A DNA stretch of 64,000 nucleotides, taken from positions 261,165-325,164 of the forward strand of contig JAGVXH010000004.1 of the NCBI GenBank assembly GCA_018303845.1, given 5' to 3'. Under the pieces are notes generated by a model. That model searched no databases. It saw only the letters and a program-made list of their open reading frames with translations, and was not told where the DNA came from. Shown here piece after piece: positions 9,565 to 19,438 of this stretch. The stretch comes from Candidatus Pacearchaeota archaeon. GTDB taxonomy: Archaea > Nanobdellota > Nanobdellia > Pacearchaeales > GW2011-AR1. Within the stretch, counting starts at the first letter, position 1. Every line of letters starts with the position of its first letter. A program made the position numbers and the translations under genes.

Positions 9565-10431
9565 TCATATTCGTCCTTCTACAACATCTTTAAAATCAAT
9601 CCATTTTGTCGCAGGAGCATCTATCCTTTCTAAGATATTTTGGATATCTTTATTATAAAGTTTAGAGTTTGTATTCTTTTCTAACTTATATTTCCAGAAA
9701 AATAGTCCTGAATTAAATAGACTTCTAGATTCCCATCTGAATAAAATTCCTACGATATAATCATTATTAGAATTACTAAAGAAATCACTTAATGCTTTTA
9801 AAAAAATTTCGGATATTTCTTTTTGCAAAGTCCAGCTTTCTGGTATTTTTATAGAAATAATACTTGGATTGTTTTTTGGCATCTGTTCTTTTGCTTTCTT
9901 AAGTGTGGCCATCAATGTCTTTCGACTAAGTTCAGTGCTCTCAATTTTGTGCTTAATCTCACAATTTATTTTAGTATTGTAATTTATCACTATATCAAAA
10001 TCTTTTTCCTTTTCTCCACTCGGGATTATAAATTCAAACGGAATACCTCTCCTATAAAAATGTGTTCCAACTTCTATCTCTGCAAATCTTGACAAAAAAT
10101 TCCCTTCTTTTATTTTTTTTATAACATCTTCTATCCCTATTATATTTTGCAGATTAAACAATCGCTCAGAAAGTCTGCTCACTCTCTCCATCCATTGTAA
10201 ATTAATTTCTTTAGAACGTAAAAATTCTCTAGCTTCCATCGTTTTTTTTGTCTCATTTTCAAAATTTGCAAAAACAGATTTATTCAACCAGTCATTATCT
10301 ATTATTATTCTAAGAAATTCAGTCGATAACATCATTTTGTAAAAATCATTGCTTTTATTTGGAAATTTTTCCTTTATGGTTTTATCCATAATTTTTAAAT
10401 TTTCAAGATTAATTTTTTGCATAAAATTCAA
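9565..10431 (-). CDS. hypothetical protein, possible PD-(D/E)xK nuclease fold
   Basis: 288 aa ORF. The segment EKDFDIVINYNTKINCEIKHK fits D-x(n)-E-x-K. Composition is opposite to neighbouring minus-strand genes. Confidence 0.4.
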   Translation of the reverse strand: MNFMQKINLENLKIMDKTIKEKFPNKSNDFYKMMLSTEFLRIIIDNDWLNKSVFANFENETKKTMEAREFLRSKEINLQWMERVSRLSERLFNLQNIIGIEDVIKKIKEGNFLSRFAEIEVGTHFYRRGIPFEFIIPSGEKEKDFDIVINYNTKINCEIKHKIESTELSRKTLMATLKKAKEQMPKNNPSIISIKIPESWTLQKEISEIFLKALSDFFSNSNNDYIVGILFRWESRSLFNSGLFFWKYKLEKNTNSKLYNKDIQNILERIDAPATKWIDFKDVVEGRI

Positions 10432-10639
10432 AAAATGAGTTTGTATTTAACTATTATTATGATGTATTAACGTCCACCCAAAATCAGCTAGAACATATAT
10501 TCCTTTTGCCCATCAATAATCTCCAAAATATACCAAGATGTAAACTCGCCCTAACCGAAAGAACCAACCCATCTTCATCCAAAACAACTCCTCTTATATT
10601 TTTCATAAGCAACTCCCTCCAACATACAAAACCTAACAA

Positions 10640-10727
10640 ACCCCGCCAAGCCTCCGGCGTAGCCGAGCCCCCCAAACTCTTCCAAGAGTTTGAGCCCCCC
10701 AGACATCAGTCGAGCCCCCAGAAAAAA
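10640..10727. repeat. array of 3 GAGCCCCC(C) motifs with hairpins, directly behind the polB stop
   Basis: GAGCCCCCC at 10665 and 10692, GAGCCCCC at 10712. Perfect 8-bp inverted repeat aaactctt/aagagttt at 10674-10691. Confidence 0.85.
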
Positions 10728-13175
10728 CTAAAAAAGTTTTTTCTGCCTCTCCCCATCCAACACCGCCGCAACATCAACTCCAAACACATCAAAAATCCCC
10801 TCAACCGCCGGCAAGATCTGCTTCTTCAAATAATACTCCACATCATACTTAACCCTCTCTCCAGCCAAAAAAACCCGGTCGCCAACCTTCTTCCCACTTC
10901 CCTCTCCAATAAAATATTCAACATAAGTCCCAACGCCAACTCCAACACCAGCCTCAGCCATCCTCCGTGCCGCAACAACATGAGGCCCCTCCGCAACATA
11001 ATCTCCAACATCCCTCTTCATCTTCGTCTTAATCATCAAATCCTCTAACTCAACATCTCTCGACTTCAACTTATTAACAACCTCTAAAACTTCTTTCAAC
11101 GCAGCCTTTTCATTCCCGTCAATTAAAATCTTTCTCAAAACACTATCCTGCAAATTCCGCGACAACCGACACCAATCCCGCCGCACCGTCTCAAAACCCC
11201 GAATCTTAACTTTGTCATCTTCCCCAATCAAAGCATACTTCTTCTTTGCCCCAATCTTGCTATCTCTTTTAGCAACAAACAAACCTCGTCTGAAAAATCC
11301 CTCCAAATCAAGTTCAATAATTCCAGGAAGCTTCTCATTAATTTCTTTCAAAAGACTAACAATCTCTTCATGACTTTTCCCGTCACTCAAAAAAGCAATA
11401 GAATCTGTGTCTCCATAAATAATTCTATAACCCTCACTGCTAATCTTATCCATTGTATCGTGAGTCAATTTTCGAACATAGGCAAGAGTCGCAGCCGCAG
11501 CCTCACGCGAATAATACCGCGCCCCAAAAAACCCCTGATAACCAAAAGTCGCATTCGCCAAAAGCTTGTAAGCATTCGACCGAGCCTTTTTCATCGCACT
11601 CCCGTCTTTCTTCCATTCCTCCTTGACAATTTTCCTCTTATCAACAATTTCACTTAAGAGCGTAGAAAAAAATCCAGGCTTCTTATCAAAATAGATTTGA
11701 ACATTTTTCCCATCAAGTTCAAAGCTAGGTGCAATATGGCAATTCCCATTATCCCTGAATCGCAAAGCCTGCCCGCAAATATTAAACGTCACAATCAAAC
11801 TCGCATGCATACTAGTAAAATCAAACATAACAATATCCTCATAAAATCCAGGCACAGGTTCAAAAACAAACGCCCCTTCAAATTTCCTTTTCATCTTCCT
11901 CTCATCACTCTCATCATGCCCAGGTCGCCTCTCCGCAATCTCATCAAATCTATCAAGATTATGCAAAATATGATTCTCAACATGCGTCGCCATCCGGTCA
12001 CGAGTCACATCGAAAACAGGCTCCTTCACAATCCTACAAAATTCAATCATGTCAGGCAAAAGCTTCATTGCAAGTTTGTAAGTCGCAACCGAATCCTGCA
12101 AGTTGTAAGAAAAAAAATCCACCCAATCTTTATCATTCATATTCGCTAGCCTAGAAAATTCAAACTCTCCCTTCTCAACTCCAGCCAACTCTTTCGCCAC
12201 TTCACCCAAACTCAAAGTCTCGCTTTGCAAATACTGACTAAAAACAGAATCAACAAAACGAAACAAGTCAACATGAACAACTCCGGAAATACTTCCAGAT
12301 GGAATTCTCCCTCGAGCAAAACTAGGGTTCCGCCCATCAACACCCAAATCCAAAACAACCTTATGAAAATCCGCACGCGCTTTCAAGTAAGGCAAATCAA
12401 ATCCATCCGAGAAATACCCACACAAAATATCAGCATCAGCCTCGCGAACAATTTCCCCAAACCTCTCAAGCATCGCCGCCTCATCTTTAACAATCTCAAC
12501 ATAGTCCTGCGCACCTTCAACGTCTTTCCAACTAATCACTTTCAAAACATCTTCGCCAAAAATCGAAACCATCAAAATCTCACCATCGCCAATCTCTCGC
12601 CCCGTAGTCTCAATATCATAAGCTAAAACCTTCGGAAGAAATTCCTTCCCATTTTTCAACAACGTAATATTTTCAGCAAAATAACATCCCGCAACATCTA
12701 GCCCCTCAACCATCTTTAAAACCTCATGCTCACCAACTTCAACCTCATACCATTGCAGCGGCTCAACCTTTTTCTCCTTAATATATTTAGTAACAAGCCC
12801 AATATCATATTCTCTTCTAAAATCAATCTCTTCCATGTCCCCAATCGCTGAAGCAAAATCATGCCCATCCTTATGATTGCTAATCCAGACCCTAACAGCT
12901 TTAACCGGTTCGCCTAAAAAATGCTTATCCAAAACTTCCGTCCTTAATGCCCGACTCGCCCGTCCGCTTTTCCCTACCTCAACCTTCTCAATTTTTTTTA
13001 CAACCGCATCCGCATCATACCCATCCCTTAAAATCAAATAAAAATTAGCCTCATAAGAATCCACGACACAAATTCGTTTACCCTCAGAATTTCGCCCAAT
13101 CATCTTTACAAAATTTTGTCCCTCAAAATCAAAATAGTCATAATCAATCGGCACAAATTCCAAAGTTTTCTTCAT
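10728..13175 (-). CDS. polB: family B DNA polymerase
   Basis: Exo motif LAYDIETT and polymerase motifs SLYPS-like FDFTSMHASLI, KLLANATFGY and YGDTDS. Start placed at MKKTLEFVPIDYDY (13175). A TTATATAA box lies about 30 nt upstream; the tracked ORF extends to 13247. Confidence 0.9.
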   Translation of the reverse strand: MKKTLEFVPIDYDYFDFEGQNFVKMIGRNSEGKRICVVDSYEANFYLILRDGYDADAVVKKIEKVEVGKSGRASRALRTEVLDKHFLGEPVKAVRVWISNHKDGHDFASAIGDMEEIDFRREYDIGLVTKYIKEKKVEPLQWYEVEVGEHEVLKMVEGLDVAGCYFAENITLLKNGKEFLPKVLAYDIETTGREIGDGEILMVSIFGEDVLKVISWKDVEGAQDYVEIVKDEAAMLERFGEIVREADADILCGYFSDGFDLPYLKARADFHKVVLDLGVDGRNPSFARGRIPSGSISGVVHVDLFRFVDSVFSQYLQSETLSLGEVAKELAGVEKGEFEFSRLANMNDKDWVDFFSYNLQDSVATYKLAMKLLPDMIEFCRIVKEPVFDVTRDRMATHVENHILHNLDRFDEIAERRPGHDESDERKMKRKFEGAFVFEPVPGFYEDIVMFDFTSMHASLIVTFNICGQALRFRDNGNCHIAPSFELDGKNVQIYFDKKPGFFSTLLSEIVDKRKIVKEEWKKDGSAMKKARSNAYKLLANATFGYQGFFGARYYSREAAAATLAYVRKLTHDTMDKISSEGYRIIYGDTDSIAFLSDGKSHEEIVSLLKEINEKLPGIIELDLEGFFRRGLFVAKRDSKIGAKKKYALIGEDDKVKIRGFETVRRDWCRLSRNLQDSVLRKILIDGNEKAALKEVLEVVNKLKSRDVELEDLMIKTKMKRDVGDYVAEGPHVVAARRMAEAGVGVGVGTYVEYFIGEGSGKKVGDRVFLAGERVKYDVEYYLKKQILPAVEGIFDVFGVDVAAVLDGERQKKLF

Positions 13176-13465
13176 ACAATATAAAATCACCCGAACTTTA
13201 TATAATCTTTGAGTAACAACAAAGTAACTACTTACAAAAGACAACATTAGAAAAACTTATAAACTTTAATGACCTAATAAAAATATGAAAATAACTAAAA
13301 ATTCAATATGTATTTCAGGGGGAAAATCTCTAGCAAATATAGTGTATTCAAGTGAAATAGTTTCCAAAGCAAATCCAATAGAAGATAGTTTACAAAAATA
13401 TACTTCGAATAATGAAAATTACAAAAAACCTTATACTCTAAATAAAATAGACATCTACGTCTAAA

Positions 13466-13855
13466 ATGAAAACAACAATAGAAATAAAAGATTTGGCAAA
13501 AAAAGTAGAACATGAAGTGGCTATAGGAAAAAAAGTTCCTTTAGTAATTGAATACAATGGCAGAGAATACAGCGGAGGAGATACGGTTTTTAATTTCAGA
13601 TACATGTCTTTAGGGGAAACTGCAGACTTTTCTCCAAGATATGAAGAAGGAGATAAAGAATTCAGAGAAGCATCTTCTAATCCATTAAATCACGCTTTGG
13701 TTTATTTTAAAAACAATTTCATATACGATCATATTGATTCGTTGAAAAAAAATATTACAGGGAACAAACTAGAAACATCATTGCTTTTAAACGTAGAATC
13801 TGCAAACATGGCAATATCAGAAAAAAGAGAAAAACCCTTGCTGAAAAAAGTATAA
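13466..13855 (+). CDS. hypothetical protein
   Basis: 129 aa ORF with no recognisable motif. G exceeds C on the coding strand, unlike typical plus-strand genes here. Confidence 0.45.
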   Translation: MKTTIEIKDLAKKVEHEVAIGKKVPLVIEYNGREYSGGDTVFNFRYMSLGETADFSPRYEEGDKEFREASSNPLNHALVYFKNNFIYDHIDSLKKNITGNKLETSLLLNVESANMAISEKREKPLLKKV

Positions 13856-13880
13856 AGTAAATTGTAGTTTATATGTATTC

Positions 13881-14312
13881 ATGGGAAACAAAACAAAAAG
13901 AATCATAGATGTAGAAGAATTAGCAAGAACAATATTTGCTCTTGCAACATTCCCAAGGCAAAAGCCAGGGTACACTATAGAACTCAAAGGAGAAATAACT
14001 TATGAAAAAAGCACAAGAGACGCAACATGTTACCAATTCACGGCAAAACTTTTCTCCGGAACAATATTTAAGGGCGTAAGAAATATGCAAGAATATGCAC
14101 ACTTCTCTGAAATTTACGGATACCCTCACGACGAAAATGAAAAACATGACGAATCAAAAGAAATATACGACAGGCTTGCTAGTATAGCAAATAAAATAAA
14201 ATTATTTCCAGGTAAATCAGAATTTTACATTCCTAGAATAGCGAGAGGGAAAACACTAGAAACGATATTGGAAAAAAATGAAGATACTCTCATTATCTCC
14301 CCATTTCAATAG
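13881..14312 (+). CDS. hypothetical protein
   Basis: 143 aa ORF tandem to 13466-13855. The N-termini are weakly similar (I-D/E-V/I-E/K-E/D-LA-R/K). Confidence 0.45.
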   Translation: MGNKTKRIIDVEELARTIFALATFPRQKPGYTIELKGEITYEKSTRDATCYQFTAKLFSGTIFKGVRNMQEYAHFSEIYGYPHDENEKHDESKEIYDRLASIANKIKLFPGKSEFYIPRIARGKTLETILEKNEDTLIISPFQ

Positions 14313-14342
14313 TTATTTATATTTAAATTTCCTAATCTTTTT

Positions 14343-15368
14343 ATGGGCGTAAACATTTCACAAATCATTCCAAAAAAAGAAATCGAATTCTCAAGCCTAA
14401 AAGGTAAAACTATAGCAATCGACGCCTACGTCACCCTCTACCAATTTTTAACAACAATTCGTCAACCAGACGGAACTCCTCTCCAAGACAGCAATGGCAA
14501 CACAACATCTCACCTCTCAGGCCTTTTCTACCGAAATATCAACTTGCTCCAAGAAGGCATTAAGCCAGTCTACGTTTTCGACGGAATTCCTCCAGCTCTA
14601 AAGCAAGGAGAGATAGAAAAACGTCGTGAAGCAAAAGCAATCGCCGAAGAAAAATATATAGAAGCTAAAGACAAGCAAGACATAGAAGGGATGAAAAAAT
14701 ATTCTTCAAGAACAGTCAAAATAACAGATGAAATAATCCAAGAGTCTTACGAGTTATTAGAAGCACTAGGTATACCAGTTGTCCTCGCCCCCTCAGAGGG
14801 AGAAGCCGAAGCAGCAACACTGGCAAGACAAGGCAAAGTCTGGGCAGCAGCATCTCAAGATTATGACGCCCTTCTTTACGGCACTCCATATCTAATCCGA
14901 AACCTAACATCATCTAGGAGAAAAAAACTTCCATCTGGTCTTTATCTAGATATTAAGCCAGAACTAATAGAATTCCAAACTGTAGTAAGAGAATTAGACA
15001 TTGACCAAGATCAACTAATCTGCCTCGCAATCTTAGTCGGAACTGACTATAATCCAGGTGGCGTAAAAGGCCTCGGACAAAAACGAGCTCTCGAAATTGT
15101 CCAGCAATACAAATACCCAATAGAGATATTCAAACATGTTTCAGAAAAATACGACTTCATATTTGAATGGCAAGAAGTATTCAAACAATTCCACGGATAT
15201 AAATCAAGTCAGGTAGAAAACATAGAATTCAAAAAACCCTCTCCAGAAAAAATAAAAAAACTTCTTCTGAAGCATGGTTTTTCAGAAGCCCGAATAGACT
15301 CAGGGCTACAAAAATTAAAAAATTTAACCGAAGCAAAAAAACAAAAAGGTTTGTCAGATTTTTTTTAA
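14343..15368 (+). CDS. fen: flap endonuclease 1
   Basis: MGVNISQIIPKKEI...GKTIAIDAYVTLYQFLTTIR...G..TSHLSGLFYRNINLLQEGIKPVYVFDG, then SEGEAEAA and GTDYNPGGVKGLG (H3TH). 341 aa. Confidence 0.9.
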   Translation: MGVNISQIIPKKEIEFSSLKGKTIAIDAYVTLYQFLTTIRQPDGTPLQDSNGNTTSHLSGLFYRNINLLQEGIKPVYVFDGIPPALKQGEIEKRREAKAIAEEKYIEAKDKQDIEGMKKYSSRTVKITDEIIQESYELLEALGIPVVLAPSEGEAEAATLARQGKVWAAASQDYDALLYGTPYLIRNLTSSRRKKLPSGLYLDIKPELIEFQTVVRELDIDQDQLICLAILVGTDYNPGGVKGLGQKRALEIVQQYKYPIEIFKHVSEKYDFIFEWQEVFKQFHGYKSSQVENIEFKKPSPEKIKKLLLKHGFSEARIDSGLQKLKNLTEAKKQKGLSDFF

Positions 15369-15898
15369 CTCTGGCGGCAAGGACCTTTAATTGCACTACC
15401 CTCGCTGAAAATACTTATCTTTTCAAAATACTCTTCTATCCCATCTAAATTCCCACAGAAACAAGCATCATTGAAATTTTCCAAAAGAGAAAGATACAAA
15501 CTAGAAAGATACAAACTAGATTTACAAATCCATCCTATCTCCTCAAATCTATTTCTGGCGTAATTCACAACATCTTTACTTAATATTTTCTTTCTTTTAA
15601 GTTCATAAAAATATTCAAGACAATGCCCTCCATCAACTATCATTTCTCGCAGGCTCCCATCAAAAGCATAAATCCAAAAATCACTCATACATTTTTCAAC
15701 ATAGTCTTGCATATGTAAATCAACAGCTTTTTCGTTTTCAACAACAAATTCCAAATCACTTTCAGTCATAATTCGCCCCCTCCAGAATTTATCAATCTCT
15801 AAAGAAATCTTACCCAAGTTTTCCAAGTCGAAAGCCATAGCGTAAACTTTAGCCAACTCATATTTATCTTCAATTTTAGAAAATTCGTCTCCCAACAT
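15365..15898 (-). CDS. hypothetical protein
   Basis: 177 aa ORF containing a direct 17-nt duplication (agaaagatacaaactag x2, about 15487-15520) that encodes SSLYLSSLYLS. Confidence 0.4.
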   Translation of the reverse strand: MLGDEFSKIEDKYELAKVYAMAFDLENLGKISLEIDKFWRGRIMTESDLEFVVENEKAVDLHMQDYVEKCMSDFWIYAFDGSLREMIVDGGHCLEYFYELKRKKILSKDVVNYARNRFEEIGWICKSSLYLSSLYLSLLENFNDACFCGNLDGIEEYFEKISIFSEGSAIKGPCRQS

Positions 15899-15961
15899 CC
15901 AATAAATATCAAGCTAATACTTAAAAATATTTATGTGATATGACCTATATCTAGCGAAGCG

Positions 15962-16930
15962 TTATCCTCTAACAATAACATACCAAATATACAAAGAATA
16001 AAGCAATAACATCAAAATCCCATCTTTCCGTCTCAACTCATGTTTCTCCCCAGTCGCCATAAAAATAAACAATATCAACATCGCTAAAAACATAACTCCA
16101 ATATCAACTCCGATATAGGCAGGAATCGCCAAAGGACTAATCAACGGTACTACTCCCAAAACCCAACACACATTAAGCACATTCGCCCCAATAACATTTC
16201 CAACAGCTAGCCCAGGATTTTTTTTAATCATAGCAATAATACCAACAACTAATTCAGGAAGACTTGTCCCAACCGCAATAATCGTAGCAGAAATCAAAAA
16301 CGAACTAATTTCAAACTGATTCGCAATAACAACCGCCCCCTCAACAACCCATTTGCCGCCAAAATAAATTCCAATAACTCCAAACAAAAACTTCAGTCCA
16401 ATCAACCAATTCGACTTATCAACAACTGCGCTAATATTAAAATCTTTATTTCCTCGCCTCGCCATCAAAAAAACGTAATACAAAAAAACACCAAGTAAAC
16501 CAAGCAAAATAAACGCATCGTCTCTAGTCAAAAATTCCTTAGCCCCAAACAAATTCCCAGTCAAAATAAACAAAACAAAAGCAGCGAGTAAAGCAATTGG
16601 AATTTCATGCCAAATAGTTTCACGCTTAAGTCGAACATTTCCAAAACAAGCAACAATTCCCAGAACAAACAAGACATTCGCGATATAACTCCCAATCACA
16701 TTCCCAAACGCAATTTCCGCATTCCCACTAAACGCAGCAAATAAATTCACAACGAGCTCAGGCAAAGTCGTTCCAAAAGAAACAATTGTCAAGCCAATGA
16801 CCAAACTCGAAACACCAAGTCTTTTTGCAATTGATGAAGAACTATCAACAATCCAATTCGCACTCTCTATTAAAATAACAAGTCCCAAAATAAAAAGCAA
16901 ATATGTTATCACCATATCAAACGAACACAA
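15962..16930 (-). CDS. Ca2+/Na+ antiporter (CaCA / YrbG-type)
   Basis: Two alpha-repeat motifs, GTTLPELVV...GNVIGSYIANVLFVLG and GTSLPELVV...GNVIGANVLNVCWVLG, and about 10 hydrophobic helices. Confidence 0.8.
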   Translation of the reverse strand: MCSFDMVITYLLFILGLVILIESANWIVDSSSSIAKRLGVSSLVIGLTIVSFGTTLPELVVNLFAAFSGNAEIAFGNVIGSYIANVLFVLGIVACFGNVRLKRETIWHEIPIALLAAFVLFILTGNLFGAKEFLTRDDAFILLGLLGVFLYYVFLMARRGNKDFNISAVVDKSNWLIGLKFLFGVIGIYFGGKWVVEGAVVIANQFEISSFLISATIIAVGTSLPELVVGIIAMIKKNPGLAVGNVIGANVLNVCWVLGVVPLISPLAIPAYIGVDIGVMFLAMLILFIFMATGEKHELRRKDGILMLLLYSLYIWYVIVRG

Positions 16931-16961
16931 AGCTTATATAAAAGTTTAAGCATTAAGACTC

Positions 16962-17177
16962 ATGATAATCGGAATTCTCCTCGGCATCTCGCTCGCAATA
17001 AATTTAACATCTCTCATAATCATGATAACTGCATCGACTGGTATCCTTCGCGAAAACATGGTGACAGGTGCAGTCATTGGAACTACTCAAGCAACTTCCT
17101 ATGCTTTCATCTCTCTAGTGATATCATTAATTGTAACCTTGTTCCTATTTCTATTTCTAAAAAAAGCGAGATACTAA
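16962..17177 (+). CDS. small hydrophobic protein (2 TM)
   Basis: 71 aa, almost entirely hydrophobic, in an otherwise unassigned gap. Confidence 0.3.
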   Translation: MIIGILLGISLAINLTSLIIMITASTGILRENMVTGAVIGTTQATSYAFISLVISLIVTLFLFLFLKKARY

Positions 17178-17887
17178 TGTCTTCCAACTTGCCCCATAAA
17201 AGCATCAACAGCCTCAACACTTGCAGCCAACTTCATCTTCTCCTTCGCCACGCGTTTCCCAGCATTATATCGTGCAATAGCTGCAGTAATCGTAGCCAGA
17301 ACAGCAGGGAGAAAAAACAAAAGAACTAAGAAAAGAACAAATCCAATAACACCAATCCAAATACTAGCCTGGACAAAAACATTCCAAAAATAAATCCACC
17401 AATTATAAACAACAACAGCCATCCCGTAATAAAGCCGAACAATCAAAAACACAGCAAACACAGCAAATCCAAAAATCCTAGCTTTTTCTTTTTCTTCGAT
17501 AAAAAACCAAAGCCCTTCCCCTCCTAAAGCAAAAATAGAAAGAAACAAAAGAATAAAGTAAACATTAATAAAAAACAATAAAGAAATCGCAGGCTTCATG
17601 TGAAAAATATATCTCATCCACCCAACATTTTCATCCAACCACAAATTAATCGAAGCAATCCTCACTTCAGCCTTCGTCATAAACGGCTTATATTTCCCAT
17701 AGTCAATCTTCCCGCTCTCATCAATTGGAACATATGTATCAATCTTATCTTGCAAATCAGCAGCATCAGCTTCAGCATTATTCCCAATTCCAAAATTTTC
17801 TGCCAAACCTCCGACTTCAGGCCCAGCTTCTCCAATAACAAACCCAATTAAGAACAAAGACAGCAACAACAAAAACCACTTCTTCAT
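17174..17887 (-). CDS. membrane protein, member 1 of a 5-gene cluster (signal peptide + 4-5 TM + charged tail)
   Basis: MKKWFLLLLSLFLIGFVIG signal-like N-terminus, GGEGLWFF motif before a TM, and a K/R/E-rich C-terminal tail. Confidence 0.6.
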   Translation of the reverse strand: MKKWFLLLLSLFLIGFVIGEAGPEVGGLAENFGIGNNAEADAADLQDKIDTYVPIDESGKIDYGKYKPFMTKAEVRIASINLWLDENVGWMRYIFHMKPAISLLFFINVYFILLFLSIFALGGEGLWFFIEEKEKARIFGFAVFAVFLIVRLYYGMAVVVYNWWIYFWNVFVQASIWIGVIGFVLFLVLLFFLPAVLATITAAIARYNAGKRVAKEKMKLAASVEAVDAFMGQVGRH

Positions 17888-17955
17888 ACTATTAGATATC
17901 TTCCCAACTTTTAAACATTGCGAGATTATTTAAATTCAAATCATCTAAATCAAAT

Positions 17956-18621
17956 ATGAAAAGAGAAATAATAATTCTATTACTAATAACACTAATCTTG
18001 CCAATAGCAACGGCCGACCAAGACGTAAATCCAAAGGATTTACTGGCCACACCCCCAAACCTCCAAACCATAAAAACCCCAGATTCTGCAAAGCCAAATC
18101 TCAATGTCTGGAATGAAACCGTCATAATCTCTCCAACCTGGCAAACCCTCATAGGAACTTTCTTTGGATTAAACCTAAAAAACGTCTCAACCGAAATCTC
18201 CGTAAGAGAAGCCCTCGTCCTATTCCTAATTTTTATAATGTTCTTCATGATAATCTCAGATATCCTAAGTCTAACTCCATTCTTCAAAACAAACTTCGGT
18301 CCAATATCAGCAGAATTCCTAGCAGCTCTAATTATTACAATCCTCGTCTCAATCTCAGGCTCCTTCATTAATCTCAAAAATATCTTCATCAACGCAATAT
18401 TCTACACAATAACAGCTCTCGACTGGGACTGGTTAAACTATCTAACTCAAAACAAAGTCCCAGGAATCATAATCACAATTTTCATAATAATCCCCATCTT
18501 ATTTGTTATACATGAAATCTTCGACTTTTTAGAACCAATCATAAAAAAACATTCTCAAGTCTCAAAAGCAGAAAGCAAAGGTCGACTTCTAAATTCAGCA
18601 ATAGAAAAGTCGGGCATCTAA
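17956..18621 (+). CDS. membrane protein, member 2 of the 5-gene cluster
   Basis: MKREIIILLLITLILPIATA signal-like N-terminus, multiple TM segments and a charged tail. The antisense ORF 17892-18392 is rejected. Confidence 0.6.
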   Translation: MKREIIILLLITLILPIATADQDVNPKDLLATPPNLQTIKTPDSAKPNLNVWNETVIISPTWQTLIGTFFGLNLKNVSTEISVREALVLFLIFIMFFMIISDILSLTPFFKTNFGPISAEFLAALIITILVSISGSFINLKNIFINAIFYTITALDWDWLNYLTQNKVPGIIITIFIIIPILFVIHEIFDFLEPIIKKHSQVSKAESKGRLLNSAIEKSGI

Positions 18622-19388
18622 ATTCCAGCTTCAATTTCAAGAATTTTTCCAGCCGCGTCCCGCCTCATCTTCTTCAAATCCCTCTTTGCCTTCTCCTCAT
18701 CTCGTCGCCAATCATGAATCATCTCAGCAACTATCTTATACAAAACAGTTTGACCTATTCCCAGCCCAATCAAAATCCAGCCCGAAACAAATCTCATAAT
18801 AGCAATCACTCCTTCCTCGCCAGCCGAATGCCTAATAAAAAACACCCCAAAGAAAATCAAAAAAACTAAATTAAACATCTCTGCATAAAATGGACTGTTC
18901 GCGCTCTTCCCCTCATACGCGTTTTCATAAATCCTAAAAGTAAACGCTAGCAAAATCAAAATAGGCAGAATAACAGTTATGGTAATCCCCATCGCCTCAT
19001 AATTCAAAAAAATACTATCCAGCATCCCTTGATTTATTCCCATAAAAGCAAGAACACTAATGGCAAAAGCAATTCCAAAATTAAACTTCTCGAAGACAAA
19101 CCCAACAATACTATAAAGCATCATAAATAACAAAATAAAAAAAAGAAAATTAACAAAGCTCCCTTCTCCGCCAGCGTCAAAGAAGCCAAGACTAATAAAA
19201 CCCATAACTCCCATAAAAAATTCCTGAAACTTCAAAAGATTTTTGCCCAAAATCTCGACATAAACATTGCTGTTCCGACCAACATCTCCAAGTTTTTCTC
19301 CAGCAATTTGAACAGCTTCTTGCGGGGTAACATTCGCACTAACAAAAATTAAAGAAAACAATAGTAATAGTAAAACAATTCTTTTCAT
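18618..19388 (-). CDS. membrane protein, member 3 of the 5-gene cluster
   Basis: MKRIVLLLLLFSLIFVSA signal-like N-terminus, DAGGEGSFVNF motif, and the tail RRDEEKAKRDLKKMRRDAAGK. Confidence 0.6.
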   Translation of the reverse strand: MKRIVLLLLLFSLIFVSANVTPQEAVQIAGEKLGDVGRNSNVYVEILGKNLLKFQEFFMGVMGFISLGFFDAGGEGSFVNFLFFILLFMMLYSIVGFVFEKFNFGIAFAISVLAFMGINQGMLDSIFLNYEAMGITITVILPILILLAFTFRIYENAYEGKSANSPFYAEMFNLVFLIFFGVFFIRHSAGEEGVIAIMRFVSGWILIGLGIGQTVLYKIVAEMIHDWRRDEEKAKRDLKKMRRDAAGKILEIEAGI

Positions 19389-19438
19389 ACATTAATATAA
19401 AATATCATCTTTAAAAAAGTTTAGAGGCACAATTCTTT

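Noticed and set aside
10484-10675. A 63-aa ORF whose inner part (MKNIRGVVLDEDGLVLSVR) looks like the start of a Nudix-type protein.
   Set aside because: It is too short and its N-terminus is translated from the GAGCCCCCC repeat array. At best it is a gene remnant, and I cannot support it.
13248-13465. The AT-rich divergent intergenic region next to polB as a replication origin. It contains a single cagggggaaa and a gtgaaatagtttcca segment resembling parts of ORB elements.
   Set aside because: There is only one weak ORB-like hit and no repeated or inverted ORB pairs. No adjacent orc1/cdc6 is present, and strand composition does not switch sign here.
17892-18392. A 166-aa minus-strand ORF.
   Set aside because: It overlaps the better-supported plus-strand membrane protein 17956-18621, which has a signal peptide and TM helices. 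It has no features of its own.
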